Origin: Pristiophorus japonicus
Taxonomy: Eukaryota
DNA length: 64,000 nt
Direction: 5' to 3'
Assembly (NCBI RefSeq): GCF_044704955.1
Contig: NW_027254484.1
Location: forward strand, 62,001-126,000
Made by a program: the position numbers and the translations under genes. Positions within the stretch are counted from its first letter, which is position 1; each line of letters starts with the position of its first letter. Positions 20,043-34,274 of this stretch are shown here, piece after piece. The notes beneath the pieces were generated by a model. That model searched no databases. It was not told the DNA's origin and worked only from the letters and a program-made list of their open reading frames with translations.

Positions 20043-20803
20043 ATTGTCCGCATGTTCCCCCCCGCCCCCCAGACACCAGACTCCCGAAGCGAGCGCTCGA
20101 CTCGGAACTCCTGCACGGGCGCGCGAGCCCCAAGGTGGGCAGAGGAAACGTTCTGCAAGGGACACACCCACTCCCCTCATAAAGTGCAACACCCCCGCCC
20201 CCTGCACCGACACCTGGGAGTCCCCCCTGGCCCAAAGAGCAGTCCGCCCCTAAGTGGTGGAAGTGCATCCGGGAGGGCGCCTAGCACCTCGAGTCTCGTC
20301 GCCAATTGCGAGCACGCAGAAAGCAAGCGCAGGCAGCGGAAGGAGCGTGCGGCAAACCTGTCCCACCCTCCCCTTCCCTCAACGTCTATCTGTCTCACCC
20401 TCCCCTTTCCCTCAACGTCTATCTGTCCCACCCTCCCCTTCCCTCAACGTCTCTCTGTCCCACCCTCCCCTTTCCCTCAATGTCTATCTGTCCCACCCTC
20501 CCCTTTCCCTCAACATCTATCTGTCCCACCCTCCCCTTTCCCTCAACGTCTATCTGTCCCACCCTCCCCTTTCCCTCAACATCTATCTGTCCCACCCTCC
20601 CCTTCCCTCAACGTCTCTCTGTCCCACCCTCCCCTTTCCCTCAACGTCTATCTGTCCCACCCTCCCCTTTCCCTCAACGTCTATCTGTCCCACCCCGTGA
20701 CAGGGTCTGCAACTCCCGTATTGGACTATTCAGCCACCTTAGGCCTCGTTTTTAAGAGTGGAAACAAGTCTTCCTCGATTCCAAGGGGCTGCCTCTAACG
20801 ATG
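20043..20803 (+). mobile_element. RTE-clade LINE 3' fragment with minisatellite (20358-20696)
   Basis: Copy of 2386-3172. Confidence 0.8.
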
Positions 20804-21027
20804 AGATATAGACAAGTGATATTAACCCTTATACTCATTCCGTTATATACTCTCTGCCCCAATTTAAACAGAGAGAGATATTTTACGATATTTAGACATT
20901 AATATTGACTCATTATCCCCAAGTGCTCCATGTGCGAAGTATGAGATGTATTAAAATACAGACACTAATATTAACCCCGTCAATATACCCTCTCTCACTC
21001 ACTGCCCCAATTACAGCACAGTTAGAG

Positions 21028-22819
21028 ACATAGAAACATAGAAAATAGGTGCAGGAGCAGGCCATTGGGCCCTTCGAGCCTGCCCCACCATTCAGTATGA
21101 TCATGGGCTGATCATGCAACTTCAGTACCCCACTCCTGCCTTCTCTCCATACCCCCCTGATCCCTTTAGCCGTAAGGCCCACATCGAACTCCCTTTTGAA
21201 TATATCCAACGAACTGGCCCCCAACAACTTTCTGTGGTAGAGAATTCCACAGGTTCACAATTCTCTGGGTGAAGAAGTTTCTCCTCATCTCGGTCCTAAA
21301 TGGCTGACCCCTTATCCTTAGACTGTGTGAGCCTTGGTTCTGGACTTCCCCAACATCGGGAACATCCTTTCTGCATCTAACCTGTCCAGTCCCGTCAGAA
21401 TTTTATATGTTTCTATGAGATCCCCTCTCATTCTTCTAAACTCCAGTGAATATAAGCCCAGTCGATCCAGTCTTTCTTCATATGTCAGTCCTGCCATCCC
21501 GGGAATCAGTCTGGTGAACCTTCGCTGCACTCCCTCAATAGCAAGAATGTCCTTCCTCAGATTAGGAGACCAAGACTGAACACAATATTCCAGGTGTGGC
21601 CTCACCAAGGCCCTGTACAACTGCAGTAAGACCTCCCTGCTCCTATACTCAAATCCTCTCGCTATGAAGGCTAACATACCATTTGCCTTCTTCATCCCCT
21701 GCTGTACCTGCATGGCCAACTTTCAATGACTGATGTCCCATGACACCCAGGTCTCGTTGCACCTCCCCTTTTCCTAATCTGTCACCATTCAGATAATATT
21801 CTGCCTTCCTGTTTTTGCCCCCAAAGTGGATAACCTCACATTTATCCACATTATACTGCATCTGCCATGCATTTGCTCACTCACCTAACCTGTCCAAGTC
21901 ACCCTGCAGCCTCTTAGCATCCTCCTCACAGCTCACACCGTACCCAGTTTAGTGTCATCTGTAAACTTGGAGATATTACACTCAATTCCCTCGTCTAAAT
22001 CATGAATGTATATTGTAAATAGCTGGGGTCCCAGCACTGATCCCTGCGGTACCCCACTAGTCACTGCCTGCCATTCTGAAAAGGACCCGTTTATCCCGAC
22101 TCTCTGCTTCCTGTCTGCCAACCAGTTCTCGATCCCCGTCAGTACATTACCCCCAATACCATGTGCTTTAATTTTGCACACCAATCTCTTGTGTGGGACC
22201 TTGTCAAAAGCCTTTTGTCAGTCCAAATACACCACATCCACTGGTTCTCCCTTGTCCACTCTACTAGTTACATCCTCAAAAAATCCCAGAAGATCTTTCA
22301 AGCATGATTTCCCCTTTCATAAATCCATGTTGACTTGGACCGATCCTGTCCCTGCTTTCCAAATGCGCTGCTATTACATCTTTAATAATTGATTCCAACA
22401 TTTTCCCCACGACTGATGTCAGGCTAACCGGTCTATAATTACCCATTTTCTATCTCCCTCCTTTTTTAAAAGTGGGGTTACATTAACTACCCTCCAGTCC
22501 ATAGGGACTGATCCAGAGTCTATCGAATGTTGGAAAATGACCACCAATGCATCCACTTTCTGTGGTAGAGAATTCCACAGGTTCACAATTCTCTGGGTGA
22601 AGAAGTTTCTCCTCATCTCGGTCCTAAGTGGCTTACCCCTTATCCTTAGACTGTGTGAGCCCTGGTTCTGGACTTCCCCAACATCGGGAACATTCTTCCT
22701 GCATCTAAACCTGTCCAGTCCCGTCAGAATTTGACATGTTTCCTGTCAGATCCCCCTCTCATCCTTCTAAACTCCAGCGAATATAAGCCCAGTCGATCCA
22801 GTCTCTCCTGATATGTCAG
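21028..22819 (-). mobile_element. CR1-A long form: frameshifted reverse-transcriptase region plus duplicated 3' segment
   Basis: [37 protein letters not shown] and RPHLEYCVQ spread over several frames. Confidence 0.92.
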
Positions 22820-23813
22820 AAATTAACCCCTCGATGATGTCCTTTCTCACCGGCTGCCCCAATTGAAGCACAGCGAGCTATTTCGGAGATACATGAATGC
22901 AGAAAGATTCAAATGGATCCCAGGTTATCCCAAGTGAGATATATTAATATACCGGCAGTAATATTAACCCTTGAAGGTCACCCTCCCTCACACCTTGCCT
23001 CAATTGAGAGAGAGTTGGCGGTATTGAGGTATATATTAATATACAAAGATTAATATTGGTTCCTGATGATCCCAAGTGCTATACATGAGATATATTAATA
23101 TACCGGCAGTAATATTAACCCTTGAAGGTCACCCTCCCTCACACCTTGCCTCAATTGAGAGAGAGTTGGCGGTATTGAGGTATATATTAATATACAAAGA
23201 TTAATATTGGTTCCTGATGATCCCAAGTGCTATACATGAGATATATTAATATACAGGCAGTAATATTAACCCTTGAAGGTCACCCTCCCTCACACCTTGC
23301 CTCAATTTAAGCAAATTGAGGAATTTTAAGATATTTCGAGCTCTATTCAAAGAAAAACATTAATATTGCTGCCTGGTGATCGCAAGTGCTATATATGAGA
23401 TATATTAATATACGGGCAGTAATATTAAGCCCTCACTGATGCCCTCCCTCCATCCCTGCCCCAATTGAGGGAGTTTTGGAGCTATTTCGAGACATATTAA
23501 TGTACAAACAGTAATATTGACCCCCAGCCACTTGGCCTCAGTGCCCCAGGGCCCTCTTGCAGCATTTATTCAGGTGCATTGATCCCTGGAGCACCCCACT
23601 AGTTACTGATTGCCGACCCGAGAATGAACAGTTGTCCCGACTCTCTGTTCTCTGTTAGTGAGCCCATCCTCCATCCGTGCTAATATATTACCCCCAAACC
23701 CCGCGAGCTTTTATCCTGCGCAGTAACCTCTCATGTGGTACTTTATCGAAGGATTGCTCAAACTCCCTTCGGTCACTGAGCAGGGAAGGAGGTTTGGGTC
23801 CACTGGGATTCTC

Positions 23814-24411
23814 ACATCAGAAATAGGAGCCAGGAGTGGGCCATTCGGCCCCTCGAGCCCTGCTCCGCCATTTAATACCATCGTGGCCTGATCCGATCAT
23901 GGACCCAGCTCCACTTACCTGCCCGCCCCCTTATCGGTTAAGAAACTGTCTATCTCTGTCTTAAATATATTCAATGTCCCGGCTTCCACAGCTCTCTGAG
24001 GCAGCGAGTTCCACAGATTTACAACCCTCAGAGAGAAGAAATTCCTCCTCATCTCAGTTTTAAATGGGCGGCCCCTTATTCTAAGACCATGCCCCCTAGT
24101 TCTAGTCTCCCCCATCAGTGGGAACATCCTCTCTGCATCCACCTTGTCGAGCCCCCCCTCATAATCTGATACCTTTCGATAAGATCACCTCTCATTCTTC
24201 TGAACTCCAATGAGTAGAGGCCCAACCTCCTCAACCTTTCCTCATAAGTCAACCCCCTCATCCCCGGAATCGACCGAGTGAACCTTCTCTGAACTGCCTC
24301 CAAAGCAAAGTGTGTCCTTTGGTAAATACGGAGAGCAAAACTGTGCACGCAGTACTCCAGGTGTGGCCTCACCGATACCCTGTGTAACTGGAGCAAGACT
24401 TCCCTGCTTTT
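23814..24411 (-). mobile_element. CR1-B LINE 3' fragment
   Basis: Copy of 1185-1782. Confidence 0.88.
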
Positions 24412-24531
24412 GTGCATACAGGGAATAATACACAAAGATTAAATATTGTTTCCCGATTATCCCAAGTTCCCCAATCGATACAGTCACAGAGATATTAATC
24501 GTTGGCGACGAATATTTAATCCCAGATTACT

Positions 24532-24567
<36 letters not shown>

Positions 24568-25007
24568 ACTGCCCCAATTGCAGCCTATTGATCTGTTTTA
24601 AGATATTTTGAGATCGAGTAAACGTACAGGTGGAGAGGCCGCTCCGGATTCCGGGGGATTTCCGGATTCCAGAACGTCGTTGCCTGGGCTGAGGTTGGTG
24701 GGGTTGGCCAGTTGAGGTTAGTGGGGGAGGGGGGAGCCGAGGAGGGCGGGGGGAGAGTCTGGATTCCGAAACATTCCGAATTTTGGAACTCTGGATTTTG
24801 GACGCTCAAAAATCAATATTGACCCCGGAATATCCCAAGTGCCCCAATTAATATATTTTGAGCTTTATCAATATAGAAGAGTAATATTATGCCCCTGAAT
24901 AGTTCCCTCGCTGACTCATTCCCCCGTTGGTGTATTTACAGATAGATTGATGGACAGATATTGATCTAATTCCGTTGATATAAATCTATCTGTAAATATA
25001 TTCAGAT

Positions 25008-25738
25008 ATTGTCCGCATGTTCCCCTCCCCCCGCCCCCCAGACACCAGACTCCCGAAGCGAGCGCTCGACTCGAAACTCCTGCACGGGCGCGCGAGCCCC
25101 AAGGTGGGCAGAGGAAACGTTCTGCAAGGGACACACCCACTCCCCTGATAAAGTGCAATACCCCCGCCCCCCACACCGACACCTGGGAGTCCCCCCTGGC
25201 CCAAAGACCAGTCCGCCCCTAAGTGGTGGAAGTGCATCCGGGAGGGCGCCGAGCACCTCGAGTCTCGTCGCCAATTGCGAGCACGCAGAAAGCAAGCGCA
25301 GGCAGCGGAAGGAGCGTGCGGCAAACCTGTCCCACCCTCCCCTTTCCCTCAACGTCTATCTGTCTCACCCTCCCCTTTCCCTCAACGTCTATCTGTCCCA
25401 CCCTCCCCTTTCCCTCAACGTCTTTCTGTCCCACCCTCCCCTTTCCCTCAACGTCTCTCTGTCCCACCCTCCCATTCCCTCAACGTCTATCTGTCCCACC
25501 CTCCCCTTCCCTCAACGTCTATCTGTCCCACCCTCCCCTTTCCCTCAACGTCTATCTGTCCCACCCTCCCCTTCCCTCAATGTCTATCTGTCCCACCCTC
25601 CCCTTCCCTCAACGTCTATCTGTCCCACCCCGTGACAGGGACTGCGACTCCCGTATTGGACTATTCAGCCACCTTAGGCCTCGTTTTTAAGAGTGGAAAC
25701 AAGTCTTCCTCGATTCCAAGGGGCTGCCTCTAACGATG
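25008..25738 (+). mobile_element. RTE-clade LINE 3' fragment with minisatellite (25327-25631)
   Basis: Copy of 2386-3172. Confidence 0.8.
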
Positions 25739-25962
25739 AGATGTAGACAAGTGATATTAACCCTTATACTCATTCCGTTATATACTCTCTGCCCCAATTT
25801 AAACAGAGAGAGATATTTTACGATATTTAGACATTAATATTGACTCATTATCCCCAAGTGCTCCGTGTGCAAAGTATGAGATGTATTAAAATACAGACAC
25901 TAATATTAACCCCGTCAATATGCCCTCTCTCACTCACTGCCCCAATTACAGCATAGTTAGAG

Positions 25963-27756
25963 ACAGAGAAACATAGAAAATAGGTGCAGGAGCAGGCCAT
26001 TGGGCCCTTCGAGCCTGACCCACCATTCAATATGATCATGGCTGATCATGCAACTTCAGTACCCCACTCCTGCCTTCTCTCCATACCCCCCTGATCCCTT
26101 TAGCCGTAAGGGCCACATCTAACTCCCTTTTGAATATATCCAACGAACTGGCCCCCAACAACTTTCTGTGGCAGAGAATTCCACAGGTTCGCAATTCTCT
26201 GGGTGAAGAAGTTTCTCCTCATCTCGGTCCTAAATGGCTGACCCCTTATCCTTAGACTGTGTGAGCCCCTGGTTCTGGACTTCCCCAACATCGGGAACAT
26301 TCTTCCCGCATCTAAACCTGTCCAGTCCCGTCAGAATTTTATATGTTTCTATGAGATCCCCTCTCATTCTTCTAAACTCCAGTGAATATAAGCCCAGTCG
26401 ATCCAGTCTTTCTTCATATGTCAGTCCTGCCATCCCGGGAATCAGTCTGGTGAACCTTCGCTGCACTCCCTCAATAGCAAGAATGTCCTTCCTCAGATTA
26501 GGAGACCAAAACTGAACACAATACTCCAGGTGTGGCCTCACCAAGGCCCTGTACAACTGCAGTAAGACCTCCCTGCTCCTATACTCAAATCCTCTCGCTA
26601 TGAAGGCCAACATACCATTTGCCTTCTTCACCCCCTGCTGTACCTGCATGGCCAACTTTCAATGACCGATGTCCCATGACACCCAGGTCTCGTTGCACCT
26701 CCCCTTTTCCTAATCTGTCACCATTCAGATAATATTCTGCCTTCCTGTTTTTACCACCAAAGTGGATCACCTCACATTTATCCACATTATACTGCATCTG
26801 CCACGCAGTTGCCCCACTCACCTAACCTGTCCAAGTCACCCTGCAGCCTCTTAGCATCCTCCTCACAGTTCACACTGCCACCCAGCTTAGTGTCATCTGC
26901 AAACTTGGAGATATTACACTCAATTCCTTCGTCTAAATCATTAATGTATATTGTAAATAGCTGGGGTCCCAGCACTGATCCCTGCGGCACCCCACTAGTC
27001 ACTGCCTGCCGTTCTGAAAAGGACCCGTTTATCCCGACTCTCTGCTTCCTGTCTGCCAACCAGTTCTCGATCCCCGTCAGTACATTACCCCCAATACCAT
27101 GTGCTTTAATGTTGCACACCAATCTCTTGTGTGGGACCTTGTCAAAAGCCTTTTGTCAGTCCAAATACACCACATCCACTGGTTCTCCCTTGTCCACTCT
27201 ACGAGTTACATCCTCAAAAAATCCCAGAAGATCTTTCAAGCATGATTTCCCTTTCATAAATCCATGTTGACTTGGACCGATCCTGTCCCTGCTTTCCAAA
27301 TGCACTGCTATTACATCTTTAATAATTGATTCCAACATTTTCCCCACTACTGATGTCAGGCTAACCGGTCTATAATTACCCATTTTCTATCTCCCTCCTT
27401 TTTTAAAAGTGGGGTTACATTAACTACCTTCCAGTCCATAGGGACTGATCCAGAGTCTATCGAATGTTGGAAAATGACCACCAATGCATCCACTTTCTGT
27501 GGTAGAGAATTCCACAGGTTCACAATTCTCTGGGTGAAGAAGTTTCTCCTCATCTCGGTCCTAAGTGGCTTACCCCTTATCCTTAGACTGTGTGAGCCCT
27601 GGTTCTGGACTTCCCCAACATCGGGAACATTCTTCCTGCATCTAAACCTGTCCAGTCCCGTCAGAATTTGACATGTTTCCTATCAGATCCCCCTCTCATC
27701 CTTCTAAACTCCAGCGAATATAAGCCCAGTCGATCCAGTCTCTCCTGATATGTCAG
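25963..27756 (-). mobile_element. CR1-A long form (RT pseudogene)
   Basis: [31 protein letters not shown] and KFADDTKL motifs, frameshifted. Confidence 0.92.
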
Positions 27757-28750
27757 AAATTAACCCCTCGATGATGTCCTTTCTCACCGGCTGCCCCAAT
27801 TGAAGCACAGCGAGCTATTTCGGAGATACATGAATGCAGAAAGATTCAAATGGATCCCAGGTTATCCCAAGTGAGATATATTAATATACCGGCAGTAATA
27901 TTAACCCTTGAAGGTCACCCTCCCTCACACCTTGCCTCAATTGAGAGAGAGTTGGCGGTATTGAGGTATATATTAATATGCAAAGATTAATATTGGTTCC
28001 TGATGATCCCAAGTGCTATACATGAGATATATTAATATACCGGCAGTAATATTAACCCTTGAAGGTCACCCTCCCTCACACCTTGCCTCAATTGAGAGAG
28101 AGTTGGCGGTATTGAGGTATATATTAATATACAAAGATTAATATTGGTTCCTGATGATCCCAAGTGCTATACATGAGATATATTAATATACAGGCAGTAA
28201 TATTAACCCTTGAAGGTCACCCTCCCTCACACCTTGCCTCAATTTAAGCAAATTGAGGAATTTTAAGATATTTCGAGCTCGATGCAAAGAAAAACATTAA
28301 TATTGCTGCCTGGTGATCGCAAGTGCTATATATGAGATATATTAATATACGGGCAGTAATATTAAGCCCTCACTGATGCCCTCCCTCCATCCCTGCCCCA
28401 ATTGAGGGAGTTTTGGAGCTATTTCGAGGCATATTAATGTATAAACAGTAATATTGACCCCCACCCACTTGGCCTCAGTGCCCCAGGGCCCTCTTGCAGC
28501 ATTTATTCAGGTGCATTGATCCCTGGGGCACCCCACTAGTTACTGATTGCCGACCCGAGAATGAACAGTTGTCCCGACTCTCTGTTCTCTGTTAGTGAGC
28601 CCATCCTCCATCCGTGCTAATATATTACCCCCAAACCCCGCGAGCTTTTATCCTGCGCAGTTACCTCTCATGTGGTACTTTATCGAAGGATTGCTCAAAC
28701 TCCCTTCGGTCACTGAGCAGGGAAGGAGGTTTGGGTCCACTGGGATTCTC

Positions 28751-29349
28751 ACATCAGAAATAGGAGCCAGGAGTGGGCCATTCGGCCCCTCGAGCCCTGC
28801 TCCGCCATTTAATACCATCGTGGCCTGATCCGATCATGGACCCAGCTCCACTTCCCTGCCCGCCCCCTTATCGGTTAAGGAACTGTCTATCTCGGTCTTA
28901 AATATATTCAATGTCCCGGCTTCCACAGCTCTCTGAGGCAGCGAATTCCACAGATTTACAACCCTCTGAGAGAAGAAATTCCTCCTCATCTCAGTTTTAA
29001 ATGGGCGGCCCCTTATTCTAAGACCATGCCCCCTAGTTCTAGTCTCCCCCATCAGTGGAAACATCCTCTCTGCATCCACCTTGTCGAGCCCCCCCCTCAT
29101 AATCTGATACGTTTCGATAAGATCACCTCTCATTCTTCTGAACTCCAATGAGTAGAGGCCCAACCTCCTCAACCTTTCCTCATAAGTCAACCCCCTCATC
29201 CCCGGAATCGACCGAGTGAACCTTCTCTGAACTGCCTCCAAAGCAAAGTGTGTCCTTTGGTAAATACGGAGAGCAAAACTGTGCACGCAGTACTCCAGGT
29301 GTGGCCTCACCAATACCCTGTGTAACTGGAGCAAGACTTCCCTGCTTTT
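28751..29349 (-). mobile_element. CR1-B LINE 3' fragment
   Basis: 179-aa open CR1 ORF2 C-terminal frame at 28834-29373. Confidence 0.9.
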
Positions 29350-29953
29350 GTACATACAGGGAATAATACACAAAGATTAAATATTGTTTCCCGATTATCC
29401 CAAGTTCCCCAATCGATACAGTCACAGAGATATTAATCGTTGGCGACGAATATTTAATCCCAGATTACTCCCCCCTCTCTCTCTCTCTCTCTCTCTCTCA
29501 CTCACTGCCCCAATTGCAGCCTATTGAGCTGTTTTAAGATATTTTCAGATCGAGTAAACATACAGGTGGAGAGGCCGCTCCGGATTCCGGGGGATTTCCG
29601 GATTCCGGAATGTCGTTGCCTGGGCTGAGGTTGGTGGGGTTGGCCAGCTGAGGTTAGTGGGGGAGGGGGGAGAGCGGGGGAGCCGAGGAGGGCGGGGGGA
29701 GAGTCTGGATTCCGAAACATTCCGAATTTTGGAACTCTGGATTTTAGACGCTCAAAAATCAATATTGACCCCGGAATATCCCAAGTGCCCCAATTAATAT
29801 ATTTTGAGCTTTATCAATATAGAAGAGTAATATTCTGCCCCTGAATAGTTCCCTCGCTGACTCATTCCCCCATTGGTGTATTTACAGATAGATTGATGGA
29901 CAGATATTGATCTCATTCCGTTGATATAAATCTATCTGTAAATATATTCAGAT

Positions 29954-30584
29954 ATTGTCCGCATGTTCCCCCCCCGCCCCCCAGACACCAGACTCCCGAA
30001 GCGAGCGCTCGACTCGGAACTCCTGCACGGGCGCGCGAGCCCCAAGGTGGGCAGAGGAAACGTTCTGCAAGGGTCACACCCACTCCCCTGATAAAGTGCA
30101 ACACCGCCCCCCCACCCACCGACACCTGGGAGTCCCCCCTGGCCCAAAGACCAGTCCGCCCCGAAGTGGAGGAAGTGCATCCGGGAGGGCGCCGAGCACC
30201 TCGAGTCTCGTCGCCAATTGCGAGCACGCAGAAAGCAAGCGCAAGGCAGCGGAAGGAGCGTGCGGCAAACCTGTCCCACCCTCCCCTTTCCCTCAACATC
30301 TATCTGTCCCACCCTCCCATTCCCTCAACGTCTATCTGTCCCACCCTCCCCTTCCCTCAACGTCTATCTGTCCCACACTCCCCTTTCCCTCAACGTCTAT
30401 CTGTCCCACCCTCCCCTTTTCCTCAATGTCTATCTGTCCCACCCTCCCCTTCCCTCAACGTCTATCTGTCCCACCCCATGACAGGGACTGCGACTCCCGT
30501 ATTGGACTATTCAGCCACCTTAGGCCTCGTTTTTAAGAGTGGAAACAAGTCTTCCTCGATTCCAAGGGGCTGCCTCTAACGATG
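29954..30584 (+). mobile_element. RTE-clade LINE 3' fragment with minisatellite (30271-30477)
   Basis: Copy of 2386-3172. Confidence 0.8.
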
Positions 30585-30808
30585 AGATATAGACAAGTGA
30601 TATTAACCCTTATACTCATTCCGTTATATACTCTCTGCCCCAATTTAAACAGAGAGAGATATTTTACGATATTTAGACATTAATATTGACTCATTATCCC
30701 CAAGTGCTCCATGTGCGAAGTATGAGATGTATTAAAATACAGAGACTAATATTAACCCCGTCAATATGCCCTCTCTCACTCACTGCCCCAATTACACCAT
30801 AGTTAGAG

Positions 30809-30892
30809 ACATAGAAACATAGAAAATAGGTGCAGGAGCAGGCCATTGGGCCAATATAAGCCCAGTCGATCCAGTCTCTCCTGATATGTCAG
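30809..30892 (-). mobile_element. CR1-A short form
   Basis: Same deletion junction as 7085-7168. Confidence 0.75.
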
Positions 30893-31736
30893 AAATTAAC
30901 CCCTCGATGATGTCCTCTCTCACCGGCTGCCCCAATTGAAGCACAGCGAGCTATTTCGGAGATATATGAATGTAGAAAGATTCATATGGATCCCAGGTTA
31001 TCCCAAGTGAGATATATTAATATACCGGCAGTAATATTAACCCTTGAAGGTCACCCTCCCTCACACCTTGCCTCAATTGAGAGAGAGTTGGCGGTATTGA
31101 GGTATATATTAATATACAAAGATTAATATTGGTTCCTGATGATCCCAAGTGCTATACATGAGATATATTAATATACCGGCAGTAATATTAACCCTTGAAG
31201 GTCACCCTCCCTCACACCTTACCTCAATTTAAGCAAATTGAGGAATTTTAAGATATTTCGAGCTCTATTCAAAGAAAAACATTAATATTGCTGCCTGGTG
31301 ATCCCAAGTGCTATATATGAGATATATTAATATACGGGCAGTAATATTAAGCCCTCACTGATGCCCTCCCTCCATCCCTGCCCCAATTGAGGGAGTTTTG
31401 GAGCTATTTCGAGACATATTAATGTATAAACAGTAATATAGACCCCCAGCCACTTGGCCTCAGTGCCCCAGGGCCCTCTTGCAGCATTTATTCAGGTGCA
31501 TTGATCCCTGGGGCACCCCACTAGTTACTGATTGCCGACCCGAGAATGAACAGTTGTCCCGACTCTCTGTTCTCTGTTAGTGAGCCCATCCTCCATCCGT
31601 GCTAATATATTACCCCCCAAACCCCGCGAGCTTTTATCCTGCACAGTAACCTCTCATGTGGTACTTTATCGAAGGATTGCTCAAACTCCCTTCGGTCACT
31701 GAGCAGGGAAGGGGGTTTGGGTCCACTGGGATTCTC

Positions 31737-32333
31737 ACATCAGAAATAGGAGCCAGGAGTGGGCCATTCGGCCCCTCGAGCCCTGCTCCGCCATTTAATA
31801 CCATCGTGGTCTGATCCGATCATGGACCCAGCTCCACTTCCCTGCCCGCCCCCCTTATCGGTTAAGAAACTGTCTATCTCTGTCTTAAATATATTCAATG
31901 TCCCGGCTTCCACAGCTCTCTGAGGCAGCGAGTTCCACAGATTTACAACCCTCTGAGAGAAGAAATTCCTCCTCATCTCAGTTTTAAATGGGCGGCCCCT
32001 TATTCTAAGACCATGCCCCCTAGTTCCAGTCTCCCCCATCAGTGGGAACATCCTCTCTGCATCCACCTTGTCGAGCCCCCTCATAATCTGATACGTTTCG
32101 ATAAGATCACCTCTCATTCTTCTGAACTCCAATGAGTAGAGGCCCAACCTCCTCAACCTTTCCTCATAAGTCAACCCCCTCATCCCCGGAATCGACCGAG
32201 TGAACCTTCTCTGAACTGCCTCCAAAGCAAAGTGTGTCCTTTGGTAAATACGGAGAGCAAAACTGTGCACGCAGTACTCCAGGTGTGGCCTCACCAATAC
32301 CCTGTGTAACTGGAGCAAGACTTCCCTGCTTTT
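31737..32333 (-). mobile_element. CR1-B LINE 3' fragment
   Basis: Copy of 1185-1782. Confidence 0.88.
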
Positions 32334-32453
32334 GTACATACAGGGAATAATACACAAAGATTAAATATTGTTTCCCGATTATCCCAAGTTCCCCAATCGA
32401 TACAGTCACAGAGATATTAATCGTTGGCGACGAATATTTAATCCCAGATTACT

Positions 32454-32489
<36 letters not shown>

Positions 32490-32941
32490 ACTGCCCCAAT
32501 TGCAGCCTATTGATCTGTTTTAAGATATTTTGAGATCGAGTAAACGTACAGGTGGAGAGGCCGCTCCGGATTCCGGGGGATTTCCGGATTCCGGAACGTC
32601 GTTGCCTGGGCTGAGGTTGGTGGGGTTGGCCAGCTGAGGTTAGTGGGGGAGGGGGAGAGCGGGGGGAGCCGAGGAGGGCGGGGGGGGAGAGTCTGGATTC
32701 CGAAACATTCCGAATTTTGGAACTCTGGATTTTAGACGCTCAAAAATCAATATTGACCCCGGAATATCCCAAGTGCCCCAATTAATATATTTTGAGCTTT
32801 ATCAATATAGAAGAGTAATATTATGCCCCTGAATAGTTCCCTCGCTGACTCATTCCCCCGTTGGTGTATTTACAGATAGATTGATGGACAGATATTGATC
32901 TCATTCCGTTGATATAAATCTATCTGTAAATATATTCAGAT

Positions 32942-34050
32942 ATTGTCCGCATGTTCCCCCCCCGCCCCCCAGACACCAGACTCCCGAAGCGAGCGCTCGA
33001 CTCGGAACTCCTGCGCGGGCGCGCGAGCCCCAAGGTGGGCAGAGGAAACGTTCTGCAAGGGACACACTCACTCCCCTGATAAAGTGCAACACCCCCGCCC
33101 CGACACCTGGGAGTACCCCCTGGCCCAAAGACCAGTCCGCCCCTAAGTGGTGGAAGTGCATCCGGGAGGGCGCCGAGCACCTCGAGTCTCGTCGCCAATT
33201 GCGAGCACGCAGAAAGCAAGCGCAGGCAGCGGAAGGAGCGTGCGGCAAACCTGTCCCACCCTCCCCTTTCCCTCAACGTCTATCTGTCCCACCCTCCCAT
33301 TCCCTCAACGTCTATCTGTCCCACCCTCCCCTTTCCCTCAACATCTATCTGTCCCACCCTCCCCTTCCCTCAACGGCTATCTGTCCCACCCTCCCCTTCC
33401 CTCAACGTCTATCTTTCCCACCCTCCCCTTCCCTCAACGTCTATCTGTCCCAACCTCCCCTTCCCTCAACGTCTATCTGTCCCAGCCTCCCCTTCCCTCA
33501 ACGTCTATCTGTCCCACCGTCCCCTTTCCCTCAACGTCTATCTGTCCCACCCTCCCCTTCCCTCAACGTCTATCTGTCCCACCCTCGCTTTCCCTCAACG
33601 TCTATCTGTCCCACCCTCCCCTTCCCTCAACGTCTATCTGTCCCACCCTCCCCTTCCCTCAACGTCTATCTGTCCCACCCTCCCTTTCCCTCAACGTCTA
33701 TCTGTCCCACCCTCCCCTTTCCCTCAACGTCTCTCTGTCCCACCCTCCCCTTTCCCTCAACGTCTATCTGTCCCACCCTCCCTTTCCCTCAACCTCTATC
33801 TGTCCCACCCTCCCCTTTCCCTCAACGTCTCTCTGTCCCACCCTCCCCTTTCCCTCAACGTCTATCTGTCCCACCCTCCCCTTTCCCTCAACGTCTCTCT
33901 GTCCCACCGTCCCCTTTCCCTCAACGTCTATCTGTCCCACCCCGTGACAGGGACTGCGACTCCCGTATTGGACTATTCAGCCACCTTAGGCCTCGTTTTT
34001 AAAAGTGGAAACAAGTCTTCCTCGATTCCAAGGGGCTGCCTCTAACGATG
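32942..34050 (+). mobile_element. RTE-clade LINE 3' fragment with the longest minisatellite (~21 units, 33251-33943)
   Basis: Copy of 2386-3172. Confidence 0.8.
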
Positions 34051-34274
34051 AGATATAGACAAGTGATATTAACCCTTATACTCATTCCGTTATATACTCT
34101 CTGCCCCAATTTAAACAGAGAGAGATATTTTACGATATTTAGACATTAATATTGACTCATTATCCCCAAGTGCTCCATGTGCGAAGTATGAGATGTATTA
34201 AAATACAGACACTAATATTAACCCCGTCAATATGCCCTCTCTCACTCACTGCCCCAATTACAGCATAGTTAGAG

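Noticed and set aside
25963-27756. Active CR1 reverse transcriptase
   Set aside because: 5'-truncated, no endonuclease or ORF1, and frameshifts shared among copies indicate passive DNA-level amplification of a dead element.
28834-29373. 179-220-aa CR1-B ORFs as a domesticated gene
   Set aside because: Most sister copies are frameshifted at homopolymer runs, and the start codon comes from satellite DNA at the junction.
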